This document shows positions 8,478 to 18,300 of a stretch of 64,000 bases of DNA, one piece after another. Position numbers and translations under genes: made by a program. Source of the DNA: Alphaproteobacteria bacterium (GTDB taxonomy: Bacteria; Pseudomonadota; Alphaproteobacteria; UBA828); the NCBI GenBank assembly GCA_965221125.1, contig CBDCRW010000004.1, forward strand, positions 640,001 to 704,000, in the 5' to 3' direction. Below the pieces are notes generated by a model. That model saw nothing but the letters and a program-made list of their open reading frames with translations, ran no database searches and had not been told where the DNA came from. Positions within the stretch are counted from its first letter, which is position 1. Each line of letters opens with the position of its first letter.

Positions 8478-9957
8478 GAGCCACCCCCGTCCGCATCGCG
8501 CGGCAACGATCGGCGACCTCCGCGACGGCCATGATGGTTGCGTCGTTGGCGGCGGCCACCTGCGGGGAGATCCCGTCCGCGAGAAGCGTCCTGCGCTCCT
8601 CGACCAGGGACTGCAGCAGATCCTCGTGAGGCGCGTCACGCCAGGGACGGAACGCGGCGCAGGTGTAGCATGCAAGCGGCGCCAGACGGACACAGCTGCG
8701 CGGGCCCGCGCAGGTTCCCACGCCTCCGCCGGCGGCGGACGCAACGCGACGCGACGGCGCTTCCCCGGCGCCGGATTCGACCTCGCCCGCAACGATCGTG
8801 CCCCTGAACAGCCCGGCCAGCGGCTCCGCCCGGCCATGAAGGGCGGCGTCCATGCGGTCCTGGATCGAGCCGCGCGACTCCACATACACGCCGACGTGCT
8901 GGAGGTCGGTGTGATCGAGAAGGTGAGCGATCAGAACAGGAGGGTGACCCACATCGGCAGCACGCGTCCCGAGAGTGCTCCGGAACCGCCGGGGCGCCAG
9001 GTTGATCGGAGCGGCAGTGCGCGCCGACCGAAGGCCGAGCGCGCTCTGGATGCGCCTCAGAGCGCGGCCGGCACCGCCCCTGCCGATGTGTGCCTCCGCG
9101 AGCGATGCGAAGGCGGTCGCCTCGACGGCAAAGATCGGACGCCGGTCGACCGGAATGCCCCGGAAGCGCTCGTCGCGGGATCGCTCCTCGACGAGTTCCC
9201 TAAGCAGAACGGCAAGCTCGCCAGGGATGACCCGCTCGCGCGTGAGGCGCTTCGGCGTCCTCTTCTTGAGAGACGGCACCAGGAGGCGAGATGCGGCCGA
9301 TCCCGGTGCAGGCGGAACCAGATCGCCACAAGTCAGCATCGACAGCTGGCCGGGCCGGGCCCCCGTTGCGGTCAGCGTGAGAAGAATGCCGAAGTCCTGC
9401 CTGCTCACGCGGCCCTCGCCATACGCCTCGCGTGCCGCAAGGGTGATGCTCTGCAACTCCACATCGGTGAAGGGACCCTTCGTGGGGTGGTGCGTGCGGA
9501 CGGCGGCGCCCTTGACGTTCCCGGGTATCTTGATGCTGCTGAAGAACTGCAGCACGTCGCGGTCGACCCCGGCGTAGCCGCGTGCGACCCAGAACTTCAG
9601 GAACGCCGCGACGTGGCCCAGATAGTGCAGTTGCTCGCGAGCGAGCAGCGACCGGTAGTCCATGAGAGCCGCCGCAGAGATGGTGGCGCCGACCGGGACA
9701 TCCCGCGCCATTCTTGCGAGGGCCTGGACGCCCCCCAACACGGTGTCGGGGGAGCGATCTTCCATGTAGGCAAGGGCAGCCTGCTTGACGTTGTCGGCGT
9801 GCCCGGCGCCCCAATGATCTCGTATCGGCTTGAAGGAGATGCGGGTCACGCCCTTCTCCAGCACGATCTTCCAGACGTCGCCGCCGGAATCGAATCCCGC
9901 ATGGATGCCGCGCTCTCGCGGAGCGCCGGCAGGCTGCAATCCGCCCGGACTACTCAC
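8470..9957 (-). CDS. Tyrosine recombinase (GinB-like) with C-terminal Cys cluster
   Basis: TGARPGQL, RRFRST, LLDH, VGVY; C..C..CYTC. Confidence 0.85.
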   Translation of the reverse strand: MSSPGGLQPAGAPRERGIHAGFDSGGDVWKIVLEKGVTRISFKPIRDHWGAGHADNVKQAALAYMEDRSPDTVLGGVQALARMARDVPVGATISAAALMDYRSLLAREQLHYLGHVAAFLKFWVARGYAGVDRDVLQFFSSIKIPGNVKGAAVRTHHPTKGPFTDVELQSITLAAREAYGEGRVSRQDFGILLTLTATGARPGQLSMLTCGDLVPPAPGSAASRLLVPSLKKRTPKRLTRERVIPGELAVLLRELVEERSRDERFRGIPVDRRPIFAVEATAFASLAEAHIGRGGAGRALRRIQSALGLRSARTAAPINLAPRRFRSTLGTRAADVGHPPVLIAHLLDHTDLQHVGVYVESRGSIQDRMDAALHGRAEPLAGLFRGTIVAGEVESGAGEAPSRRVASAAGGGVGTCAGPRSCVRLAPLACYTCAAFRPWRDAPHEDLLQSLVEERRTLLADGISPQVAAANDATIMAVAEVADRCRAMRTGVAHG

Positions 9958-11194
9958 CCTCGAACAATCCCTGGTGCATGCCTCTCAGGGCGGCCTCGGC
10001 CGCCCGTTCGACGTGACGGTGCGTGTAGACCGCCGCCATCTTCGAATCCGGACTCCATCCCATCAGGAAGTTGCGGATGCGCTCCTCGCTCGCCTCGGGG
10101 GTGCGATCGCCACGCTCCGCCCTGCCGTCGATCGCGGCCGAGAACCTGTCGTTCCAGGTGTGGCGCAACAGGTGAGGATGGAGACGGAAGCCGAGAACGC
10201 TTTCGAGCGCAGCGAAGACGTTGCCCACGCTTCTCGGGGTCAACGGCGCTCCCGGCCTGATTCCTGCATGGGACACGAAGACATAGGCGTGCATCCGGGC
10301 GCCGGGTTCGGTCCGGCGCCAATCCGACAGGTAGGCGAAGAGGATGTCCGCCAGCTCCGGCCTGATCGGCACGGGCCGTGCGCCGGACTTGGTCTTCGGC
10401 TTCTGCCGACGAGGGTCCCGGGGGTCCGGAGGGCGCCGATGGATCGAGATCGTCAGTTTCCTGAAGTCGATGTCCGGGATCTTCAGGCCGCAAAGCTCGC
10501 CCCTGCGCATGCCGGTCTCGTCAAGGCAGGCAACAACGGCAAGGTTGCGATAGCGAACCGCCTCGCTCCGGAACGGGTTTTCCGGCGAGGACGGATCGAT
10601 GACGGCGAACAGCCGGTCGCGCTGTTCCGGCGACAGGCCCTTCCTGGGCTCGGACGGTTGACGCGCGCCCACCTTCGCCCGGGCGGTCAGAGCCTTGACG
10701 GTGTCGCGAAGGAGCTGCTGCGATCCGGCGGCACGGCTGTGGCTTGCAAGCCAGTCGAGATAGGCAGCGACGGACCGCACACGGTTGGCTCCGGTCTGGG
10801 GGTCCAGCATCTCATCGCAGTCGTGGGGAAGGTGCCGATGAAGCTCCTTGCCCGATCTGGAAAGCGGCAGGACATTGGCTTGGTGGGGACGCTCGGTCCG
10901 ATCCGGAACCCGGGCGGTCTTCAGCGCATGGGAAAGACTCTCGACCTCCCGCAGCTCCAGACCGGCGCCCGTGGCCATGCGTGCTTCGAGGGAGAGCCCG
11001 TTCGAGTGCGCCCACACCCGGGCCGCCGCGATCGCGCGCATGTGCGCCTCGATCGTGTTCTCGGCGCGGCCGGCGTTTCTGAGAATGGAGACCGCATACC
11101 GTATCGGCTCGGGCGCGGGGGCCGAGCCGGGCTCGACCAGGGCGGGGAGCGTCTCGCCGCCGGGAAGTCTGATTCTGCGGACGCTCTCGGGCAT
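9950..11194 (-). CDS. Tyrosine recombinase (GinA-like)
   Basis: TGMRRGEL, KTK, HLLRH, MGW and AVY give a complete catalytic set. Confidence 0.9.
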   Translation of the reverse strand: MPESVRRIRLPGGETLPALVEPGSAPAPEPIRYAVSILRNAGRAENTIEAHMRAIAAARVWAHSNGLSLEARMATGAGLELREVESLSHALKTARVPDRTERPHQANVLPLSRSGKELHRHLPHDCDEMLDPQTGANRVRSVAAYLDWLASHSRAAGSQQLLRDTVKALTARAKVGARQPSEPRKGLSPEQRDRLFAVIDPSSPENPFRSEAVRYRNLAVVACLDETGMRRGELCGLKIPDIDFRKLTISIHRRPPDPRDPRRQKPKTKSGARPVPIRPELADILFAYLSDWRRTEPGARMHAYVFVSHAGIRPGAPLTPRSVGNVFAALESVLGFRLHPHLLRHTWNDRFSAAIDGRAERGDRTPEASEERIRNFLMGWSPDSKMAAVYTHRHVERAAEAALRGMHQGLFEGE

Positions 11195-11330
11195 CGAAAG
11201 TTTACGCTCTTGCCTTGTTCCGGCTTACCTAGAATTGCGACTCCAAACGTGTCAATCATGAAATTCAACAAAAAATGAAAGCCCGCAAGGTGTTACCCCT
11301 GCGAGCTTTACATTTCTACCTAACTTCCCC

Positions 11331-11783
11331 TTAGAACGGGATTTCGTCGTCCAGATCCGCGGGCGCCGAGGCCGGGGCCGCGCCGGTGTCGCCCGCCGCG
11401 TCCGGGTCGGGCTGCATCCGGTCGTTGCCGTTCGGCTTGTCCAGGAATTGCACCCGGCCGCCCGGGACCAGCAGGATCTCGGTCGAGAAACGGTCGCCGT
11501 CCTCGCCCGGCTTCGACCAGCGGCGGGTCTGGAGCTTGCCGTCGACATAGACCAGCCGGCCCTTGGTGGCGTGCTTCTCGAACATGTCGATCAGCCCCTC
11601 CTGGAAGGTGACGACCCGGTGCCATTCGGTCTTGTCGACCTTCTCGCCGGTCTGCTTGTTGATGTACGACTCGTCGGTCGCGATGCTCAGGTTGGCCACG
11701 CGGCCCCCCGAGGTGAGGTGGTTGACGGTCACGTCGGCGCCGAGGCGGCCGATCAGTTCCACGCGGTTGAGTCCGAATGCCAT
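11331..11783 (-). CDS. ssb: Single-stranded DNA-binding protein (backbone copy; integration target)
   Basis: MAFGLNRVELIGRLGAD...; acidic tail DLDDEIPF. Confidence 0.95.
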   Translation of the reverse strand: MAFGLNRVELIGRLGADVTVNHLTSGGRVANLSIATDESYINKQTGEKVDKTEWHRVVTFQEGLIDMFEKHATKGRLVYVDGKLQTRRWSKPGEDGDRFSTEILLVPGGRVQFLDKPNGNDRMQPDPDAAGDTGAAPASAPADLDDEIPF

Positions 11784-11891
11784 GACGATTCCCCTTCATG
11801 GTCTGGATGATGACGATGGGTGATGAACGACCGGGGCCGGGTCACTCCCCCGAAGCCCCGACCGTTCAATCTCTCCAAGCCCTCCTCCCCT

Positions 11892-12143
11892 CTATTCCGG
11901 CAGAGGGAGCGACGACGCCGGGTCCCAGGGTTCCGCCGGCGCCGCGTCCTGGAAGGACATGCCGAACGCCGGTTCCGGGTAGAGGCTCGCGAAGCCGTGT
12001 TCGGGATAGACTGCGCCCCGGTCAGGACAGCGGATGGCGCGCTCGTCCTCGGCGATCTCGCGGACGGTGTGACGGCCGACGCCGATCTCGGCGAGCAGAT
12101 CGCTGCCGGTCGGAATGTCGTGGGATGTGTCGGGATGGAACAT
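11892..12143 (-). CDS. Small hypothetical protein (83 aa)
   Basis: GAGGAGG RBS before ATG at 12143 (MFHPDTSHDIP...). Confidence 0.5.
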   Translation of the reverse strand: MFHPDTSHDIPTGSDLLAEIGVGRHTVREIAEDERAIRCPDRGAVYPEHGFASLYPEPAFGMSFQDAAPAEPWDPASSLPLPE

Positions 12144-12244
12144 GGGCGGGACCTCCTCTGCCGCTGCCCGATCCGGCATCGGCGCGGGGGACCCACTCCC
12201 TCCGGCCTGCCGGACACTCGCCCGACAGGCGCTCCTCTCCTGCT

Positions 12245-12781
12245 CTACGAACCGGACGCGGCGCGGCGGATGGCGGCCAGGCGCTCGCATACCGCCCGCG
12301 GCGACATGGCTCCGAGGTTCAGCACCGGAATGCCGCGGGCCTCGGCGATGCGAATACCCATGCCCGTGCCGCCGACCGGCTCGCCGCGTGCCGACCAGCA
12401 CACGACCGCATCGACGGGCCGGTCCAGCCGCTGGCCCAGCAGGATCGCGACATTCCGGGCGTGCAGCTTCCGGGCGCCCGACGAGCAGCGGTGCCAGGCG
12501 GGATGCAGGCCAGCCGCGATTTCCATGCATGCGGGGAGCAGCGACGGGGTGAGCACGCGGCAGTCCGGCCCCCGGTGCCCGTTATAGCCCCGCCATGGCA
12601 GCCAGATGGTCCGCTGCTCCACCGGCGCTCCCGCCGCGAACGCGCTGTCGGCCCCGTCCGCGCCGCCTGAAGACAAATGCCAGCCGGTCCGCGCCAGCCA
12701 GCCCGCCATCGTCTCCATATTCGCCAGCACGGTCGCCGGCGTCTCGCGCGAGCCGATCCCCGCATAGGTCAATGTCGTCAT
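12245..12781 (-). CDS. Standalone SLOG-superfamily (Smf/DprA/YspA-like) nucleotide-binding protein
   Basis: YAGIGSRETP, SGGADGAD, HARN, GGTGMG motifs; GGGAGA RBS. Confidence 0.85.
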   Translation of the reverse strand: MTTLTYAGIGSRETPATVLANMETMAGWLARTGWHLSSGGADGADSAFAAGAPVEQRTIWLPWRGYNGHRGPDCRVLTPSLLPACMEIAAGLHPAWHRCSSGARKLHARNVAILLGQRLDRPVDAVVCWSARGEPVGGTGMGIRIAEARGIPVLNLGAMSPRAVCERLAAIRRAASGS

Positions 12782-12939
12782 GGTCCGATCTCCCCGGTTG
12801 CGACGGCCGCGACTCCCTCTCGGTCAACGGCTTCGCTCCCGGACCGCTTTTCTCCACCTCTGCGATGCGAACGGACCGGCCTCGCTTGCATTGCCGCGCT
12901 GCCCGGGGCATCGGTTGCGGCATGAACGGTCGTGGATCG

Positions 12940-13302
12940 ATGGCGAGGCGCGGATTCTGGCCGCTGGCGCTTCTCTGGCTGCCGGCCGGGGTGATGGCGC
13001 AGGCGGTCATCCGGTTCGGGCCGTCGGCGGTCGGGTTCGCGGATTCCGGGGAGGCGCTGGCGGCGCTGGGCTCGCTCGCCGTCGCCGTCCCGTGCGGTCT
13101 GCCGCTGGCGCTCGGCTGCCGGCGCCTCTGGCGCCTCGGCTACCGACGCGCGGCCTGGGCGACAGCTATCGGGCTGGGCGCGCTCACCGTGCAGGCGACG
13201 GTCGTCGCCGGGCTCCTCGGCCCGGTGGCCATCGCCGTCTGCGCCGCTGTGTTGAGCCTGCCGGTCTGGATCGCCTGGCTTTGGTTTGTGCGGCGCGGAT
13301 GA
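12940..13302 (+). CDS. Small multi-pass membrane protein
   Basis: About four hydrophobic segments (MARRGFWPLALLWLPAG...). Confidence 0.55.
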   Translation: MARRGFWPLALLWLPAGVMAQAVIRFGPSAVGFADSGEALAALGSLAVAVPCGLPLALGCRRLWRLGYRRAAWATAIGLGALTVQATVVAGLLGPVAIAVCAAVLSLPVWIAWLWFVRRG

Positions 13303-13567
13303 TTGCGGACGGCGGGCCGGCAGCGGAGCATGGCCGCCATGTGCGAGCCCCTATGGTCGCCGGACGGCACGGGGTCGGCTGCGCAGTAGTGCGATGGGCC
13401 GAAACCGGGCGGCCGTGGCCCCGACAAGACGACGATGGGCCGGCTGCGCAGCAGGGCGGTCAGACCGAACGGCGCGGAGAGGCGGTGGGTTTGGCGTCAC
13501 CGGCCCGCACAGGCATGTCCGGGACAGACATTGGCCATTCGCGCATTTTTGTGCGAGAGTGCTGCGG

Positions 13568-13780
13568 GTGAACGGACGTGAATTCATAACGCGGGTGAGA
13601 AGGCTGGCGCGCAGAAGCGGCATCGCGGTCCGGTTCGACAGGACAAGGGGCAAGGGCAGTCACGGCACCCTGTATTACGGCGACCGACATACCGTGGTGA
13701 AGGACCGCAGGAAGCCGCTCAAGACCGGTACGCTGCGCGGCATGTGCAAACAGCTGGGCATCGACCCGAACGACCTATAG
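13568..13780 (+). CDS. hicA: HicA-family toxin
   Basis: GTG start; GKGSH motif and KTGTLRGMCKQLGI tail; directly upstream of hicB. Confidence 0.9.
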   Translation: MNGREFITRVRRLARRSGIAVRFDRTRGKGSHGTLYYGDRHTVVKDRRKPLKTGTLRGMCKQLGIDPNDL

Positions 13781-13792
13781 GGAGTTCCGATC

Positions 13793-14227
13793 ATGGCAAC
13801 CCGATACAGCTACCCCATCGACCTCCACAAGGAACGCGAAGGCGGGTTTTCGGTGACCTTTCCGGACTTCGACGAGGCCTTCACCGACGGCGATACCGTC
13901 GCCGAGGCGGTCGCGGAAGCCGCGGACTGCCTGGAGGAGGCGCTCGCGGGCCGCATCGCGCGGCGCGAGGACATCCCGGCTCCGAGCCCGGCGAAGGGCC
14001 GGCCGGCGGTGACGCCCGGCGCGGTGCTCGCCGCCAAGGCGGCGCTCTACGAGGTCCTGCGCGAGCAGCGGCTGTCCAACAGCGCCTTCGCGGTGGCCAT
14101 GGGCGTTCAGGAGAGCGAGGTTCGCCGCATGCTCGACCCCCGTCATGCCACCAAGATCGGCAGACTGGAGGAAGCCCTGGCCCGTTTCGGAAAGCGTCTG
14201 GTGGTTACTGTGGAGGTGGCCGCCTGA
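13793..14227 (+). CDS. hicB: HicB-family antitoxin with C-terminal HTH
   Basis: GGFSVTFPDF..AFTDGDT..EA; IPAPS; HTH region. Confidence 0.92.
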   Translation: MATRYSYPIDLHKEREGGFSVTFPDFDEAFTDGDTVAEAVAEAADCLEEALAGRIARREDIPAPSPAKGRPAVTPGAVLAAKAALYEVLREQRLSNSAFAVAMGVQESEVRRMLDPRHATKIGRLEEALARFGKRLVVTVEVAA

Positions 14228-14295
14228 CCGGCGAGCGGCGGATGGTGGGCCGGCTGCGGAGCAGGAGTGTGGGGGCGTGGATTTCCGCGAGCAGA

Positions 14296-14799
14296 TCAAG
14301 CATCGCCGAAGAGCTGATGCCACAGGCCCTCGATCGAATCGATGCGTGTGAATTGGCCCTTGTTGACGACACGGTGGGTGGGCCTCTCGGCCTTCACGCC
14401 TTGGGCGTTCGCCTTGGTGTGCTTCGCGGTCCTGAACGATTCGAGATCCGGCAGTCTCTTTCCGGGCTCGCCGCCGAAATACAGAAAGGGTCCGAGTTCG
14501 AGGGAATCGGGATCGAAGTACACCCATACGACGCAGCCGGATGGCTTTTCGGCCAGAGAAAGACCGACTTTCTGGGTTGCGGTCCTGGAACCGCGATAAG
14601 ACGCTTTCAACTGTATGTGGCGAACATGCCCGTTGCACTCGGCGATGAGATCATACCCGGCCCGGTCCACTTCTGGCTTTGATGTTTCGATCGAGCAATC
14701 GCCTCTCTGCCAGGACCGTTTCAGCAACTCGCCGACCAGAAGGTGCTCGATGAGGTTCTCGCGGAATGCGGAATGGAGATAGTGCTTGCTGTCGTTCAT
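14296..14799 (-). CDS. PD-(D/E)xK nuclease-fold protein
   Basis: EVDRAGYDL...HIQLKAS pattern; lower GC than flanks. Confidence 0.7.
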   Translation of the reverse strand: MNDSKHYLHSAFRENLIEHLLVGELLKRSWQRGDCSIETSKPEVDRAGYDLIAECNGHVRHIQLKASYRGSRTATQKVGLSLAEKPSGCVVWVYFDPDSLELGPFLYFGGEPGKRLPDLESFRTAKHTKANAQGVKAERPTHRVVNKGQFTRIDSIEGLWHQLFGDA

Positions 14800-14899
14800 G
14801 AACCGGGGATCGCTCTTGGGTTGGCTGACGGTCGGCATCGTCGGTGGCCGCGATCGATTCCGGTGGTGTTTGTCGCACCGCCTGTGAAACGCAAGCGCG

Positions 14900-15169
14900 T
14901 CAATGCCAGGCCTCACCCTCCGGATCGTCGTCTTCGGCTTGCATGGAGGCCGCCGCCATGGCGGTCCAGTCCTCGCGGTCGTAACCGAGCCTTCGATTCA
15001 GTTTGTCGCAAAGGTCCAGGGCATTGTCGAGGTCGAGGGTCACGAGCGCCGTCGGGACATGCCCGGCGAGGCCCTCGAAGACGATGTGGATTTGCTGGGC
15101 ATCGACCTCGACATCGTAGGCGGGCACGAAGCAGAAGTTCGGCTCGTCGGGGAGTGTCTGCTCGATCAT
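14900..15169 (-). CDS. Hypothetical protein (89 aa)
   Basis: AAGGA RBS; protein-like sequence in backbone orientation. Confidence 0.65.
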   Translation of the reverse strand: MIEQTLPDEPNFCFVPAYDVEVDAQQIHIVFEGLAGHVPTALVTLDLDNALDLCDKLNRRLGYDREDWTAMAAASMQAEDDDPEGEAWH

Positions 15170-15303
15170 GGGGTTGTTCCTTCACGGGAGTGCGGTGCCG
15201 GCGCGCGGGACAGATGTAACCCTTGCGCGACCGGGACGGAAGCGGCGCCGGCCAGGCGAGGATGCCGGGCCGGCGACACGGGTGGAGAGCGACGCCCGCC
15301 GGG

Positions 15304-18300
15304 TCAGGCTGCGAGCGGCCAGCGTTCGAGAACGCGTTCCAGCACGCCGGCATTGGGCGCGAATATCCGGGCCCGGAACGAGACGATCTCGACGGTGCAG
15401 CCCATGCGCTTCAGCGCGGCCATATCGGTATCCGCCGGCCCCTCGATCTCGACCCGGTCGGCGCCCATCAGCCTACGCCGCGCGAGCCGCCAACCGTTGG
15501 CGAGAGACAGCGCGGTGCCGCGTTCCATGACCGCCGCGAAGGCTTCCGCGCCGGTCATGGCGGGACCGCCGTCGAGACCGAACCCGGCGCGCACGGAGCG
15601 TACCTGCTCGGCGTCGAGCACGCGTCCGATGAGGGCGATGCCATCGTCACTGGTGAGCCGTCGGACCCGCATGTTCTCGGCGGGCAGGCGGTCCCAGACC
15701 GGCAGTAGCAGGCCGGAGGCGAGCCAGAAGCGCGAGTCCCGGTGGGACGGCAGTCCGGCGATCTCGGCGTCCCAGACGCGCCGCCACCCGGCTTCGTCGG
15801 CCCGGCGCCAGTTGGAGGCGTCGAGCTCGGCCTTCGCCATGGTCTCGGCGGTCGCGGGCCGGATGAGCCGCACCCGCTCCTTCACGCCGCCGTCGTCGAG
15901 CATGCGCGAGGCGGCCGGCAGCACCACGGCGGCGCGCTTCGAGCGGGCGTTGACGGCGAGACGGGGCTTTCCGTCCGGTCCCGGATCCCGCTCGCCGATC
16001 TCCAGCGCGGCGTCGGCGGTGAGCGGCACCAGCCGATCGCGGCGCACGATCTCGACCAGCTCGGTCGCCGCGCCTGTGCCGGGATGCTCGTAGAGCGTCT
16101 CCCGGCCGGCGACGGCGAGCGAGTCGGCGGTCACCGTCTCGACCCCGACCTCGTAGCTGCCGGCCTCGATCGCCTGCTCGATATTGGCGGCGATGCGGGC
16201 CTCCAGCTCGGCAAAGAGCTGGTTCTGCTCGGCGATGGGGAGCGCCAGCAGACGGTTGAGGAACCTGGGCATGGGCGGCAGGTCCTCCTTGAGCGATCCC
16301 TCCCAGGTGAGCTTGAGCCCGGTGGCCTTCTCGAAGCGCTCCAGAGTCCAGCCCTGGATGGACCCGCGCCAGAGCGCGCCGTAGAACTGGCGCAAGGCAG
16401 CCTTGGCATACGGGCTCTCAAGGTTGTCGCTCTCGCGGAACAGCGCCGCGTCGCTGCCGCCCATGGCGGTCTGACTGTCCCGCTGGCCCCGCGTGATGGC
16501 GCCGAGGCTGTCGAGCCGCCGGGCGATGGTGGCGATGAACCGGCGCTCGCCCTTAACGTCCGTAGTGACGGGCCGGAACAGCGGCGCGGAGGCTTGGTGC
16601 GTGCGGTGGGTACGGCCCAGACCCTGGATCGCCTGGTCGGCGCGCCAGCCGGGTTCCAGCAGATAGTGGATGCGGCGTTCCGTGTTCCCGCAGGACAGAT
16701 CGGCGTGGTAGCTGCGGCCCGTGCCGCCCGCCATGGAGAACACGAGGATGCGCTTGCTCCCATCCATGAACGCGGCGGTCTCGGCAAGATTGGCAGAGGT
16801 CGGCCGCGAGCGCAGCGAGAGACGTTCGCCCTTGGCGTCCACGATCCTCACCACTCGGCGCGACCGGCCGGTGACCTCGGCGACGGCCTCGTGCCCGAAA
16901 TGCTGCACGATCTGGTCGAGCGCCGTCGGCACCGGCGGGAGCGCCGCGAGCTTCTCGATCAGCGCGTCGCGGCGGTCCTCGGCCTCCTTGCAGATGACGG
17001 GGTTGCCGTCGTCGTCCCTGGCGGGGCGGCTCAGGAGATTGCCGGCGTCGTCGGTGAAGGGCTCCTGGAGCTGCACCGGGAAGGCGTGCATCAGGTAGGA
17101 GAGAATGGCGTCCCGGGGCGTCAGGTCGATATTGAGATCGTCCCACTCCGAGGCCGGGACGTCGGCGATGCGGCGCTCCATCAGCGCCTCGCCCGTGGAC
17201 ACGAGCTGGACCACGGCGGACCGGCCGGCGGCAAGGTCGGCCTCGATCGCGCGGATGGTCGAGGGGCACTTCATGCCGGTCAGCAGGTGGCCGAAGAAGC
17301 GCTGCTTGGTGCCCTCGAAGGCCGACAATGCCGCCGCCTTGGCGTTCTTGTTGAGCGTGTCCTCGCCCTGGACGATGCCGGTCGCCTTCAGCGCCTCCTC
17401 GATGTTGGCATGGATCACCTTGAAGGCGCCGGCATAGGCGTCGTAGATGCGCCGCTGCTCGGGCGTGAGGGGGTGTTCGAGGATGCCGACCTCGATCCCG
17501 TCATAGGCCAAGGCTCTCGCCTGGTAGAGACCGAGGGCCTTCAGATCGCGCGCCACGACCTCCATCGCGGCGACGCCGCCCGCCTCCATGGCGGAGACGA
17601 ACTCGACGCGCTTCTCGAACGGCGTCTCGCCGGCGCCCCAGAGGCCGAGCCTGCCGGCATAGGCCAGACCCGGCACGGTGGTGGCGCCGGTGGCCGAGAT
17701 ATAGGCGATCCGCGCATCCGGCAGTGCGTTCTGGAGCCGCAGGCCGGCCCGTCCCTGCTGGGAGGGCTTGGTCTCGCCACGCTCGGACTTGGAGCCGGCG
17801 GCGTTGGCCATGGCATGCGCCTCGTCGAAGACGATGACCCCGTCGAAGGCGTGGCGGTCCTCTTCGTCCAATGAGCCCGCCAGCCATTCGACGATCTGGT
17901 CGAGCCGCGAGGGCTTCCCCTGGCGGGACGGCGAGCGCAGCGTGGCGTAAGTCGCGAACAGGATCCCCTCGTCGAGCGGGATCTCCATCCCCTGCCGGAA
18001 ATTGCCGAGCGGGATGACGTCGCTCTCCAGCCCGCCGAGCGCCGTCCAGTCGCGGCGCGCGTCCTCCAGCAGCTTGTCGGACTGGCTGAGCCAGAGGGCG
18101 CGTTTCCTGCCCCGCAGGCGGTGGTCGAGGATGATGGCGGCGACCTGGCGGCCCTTGCCGCATCCGGTGCCGTCTCCCAACATCCATCCCCGGCGGAAGC
18201 GCACCGGCTCCGACAGGGTCTCGCCCCCGGATCCAGTCCGGGGCAGGCTCTCCTGGGTGACGAGGGAGGTGTCGATTTCCTCCCCGGATCCGGTCCGGGG

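Larger units (their letters stand above)
2528..11339 (-). mobile_element. GInt-like genomic island (three tyrosine recombinases plus TnpC/GinD-like genes) integrated at the 3' end of ssb
   Basis: Imperfect direct core TCAGAATGG (2528-2536) / TTAGAACGG (11331-11339); inverted arms GGGAAGTT (2541-2548) / AACTTCCC (11322-11329); recombinase operon at the right end. Confidence 0.8.

Noticed and set aside
8478-8885. N-terminal extension of the large recombinase (820-aa call)
   Set aside because: It overlaps the upstream recombinase out of frame; the ATG at 8477 gives a normal coupled start.
6423-11194. Second RIT element or prophage integrase cluster
   Set aside because: Protein sizes, Cys-rich tails and TnpC-like followers differ from RIT, there are no long terminal IRs, and no phage structural genes are present.
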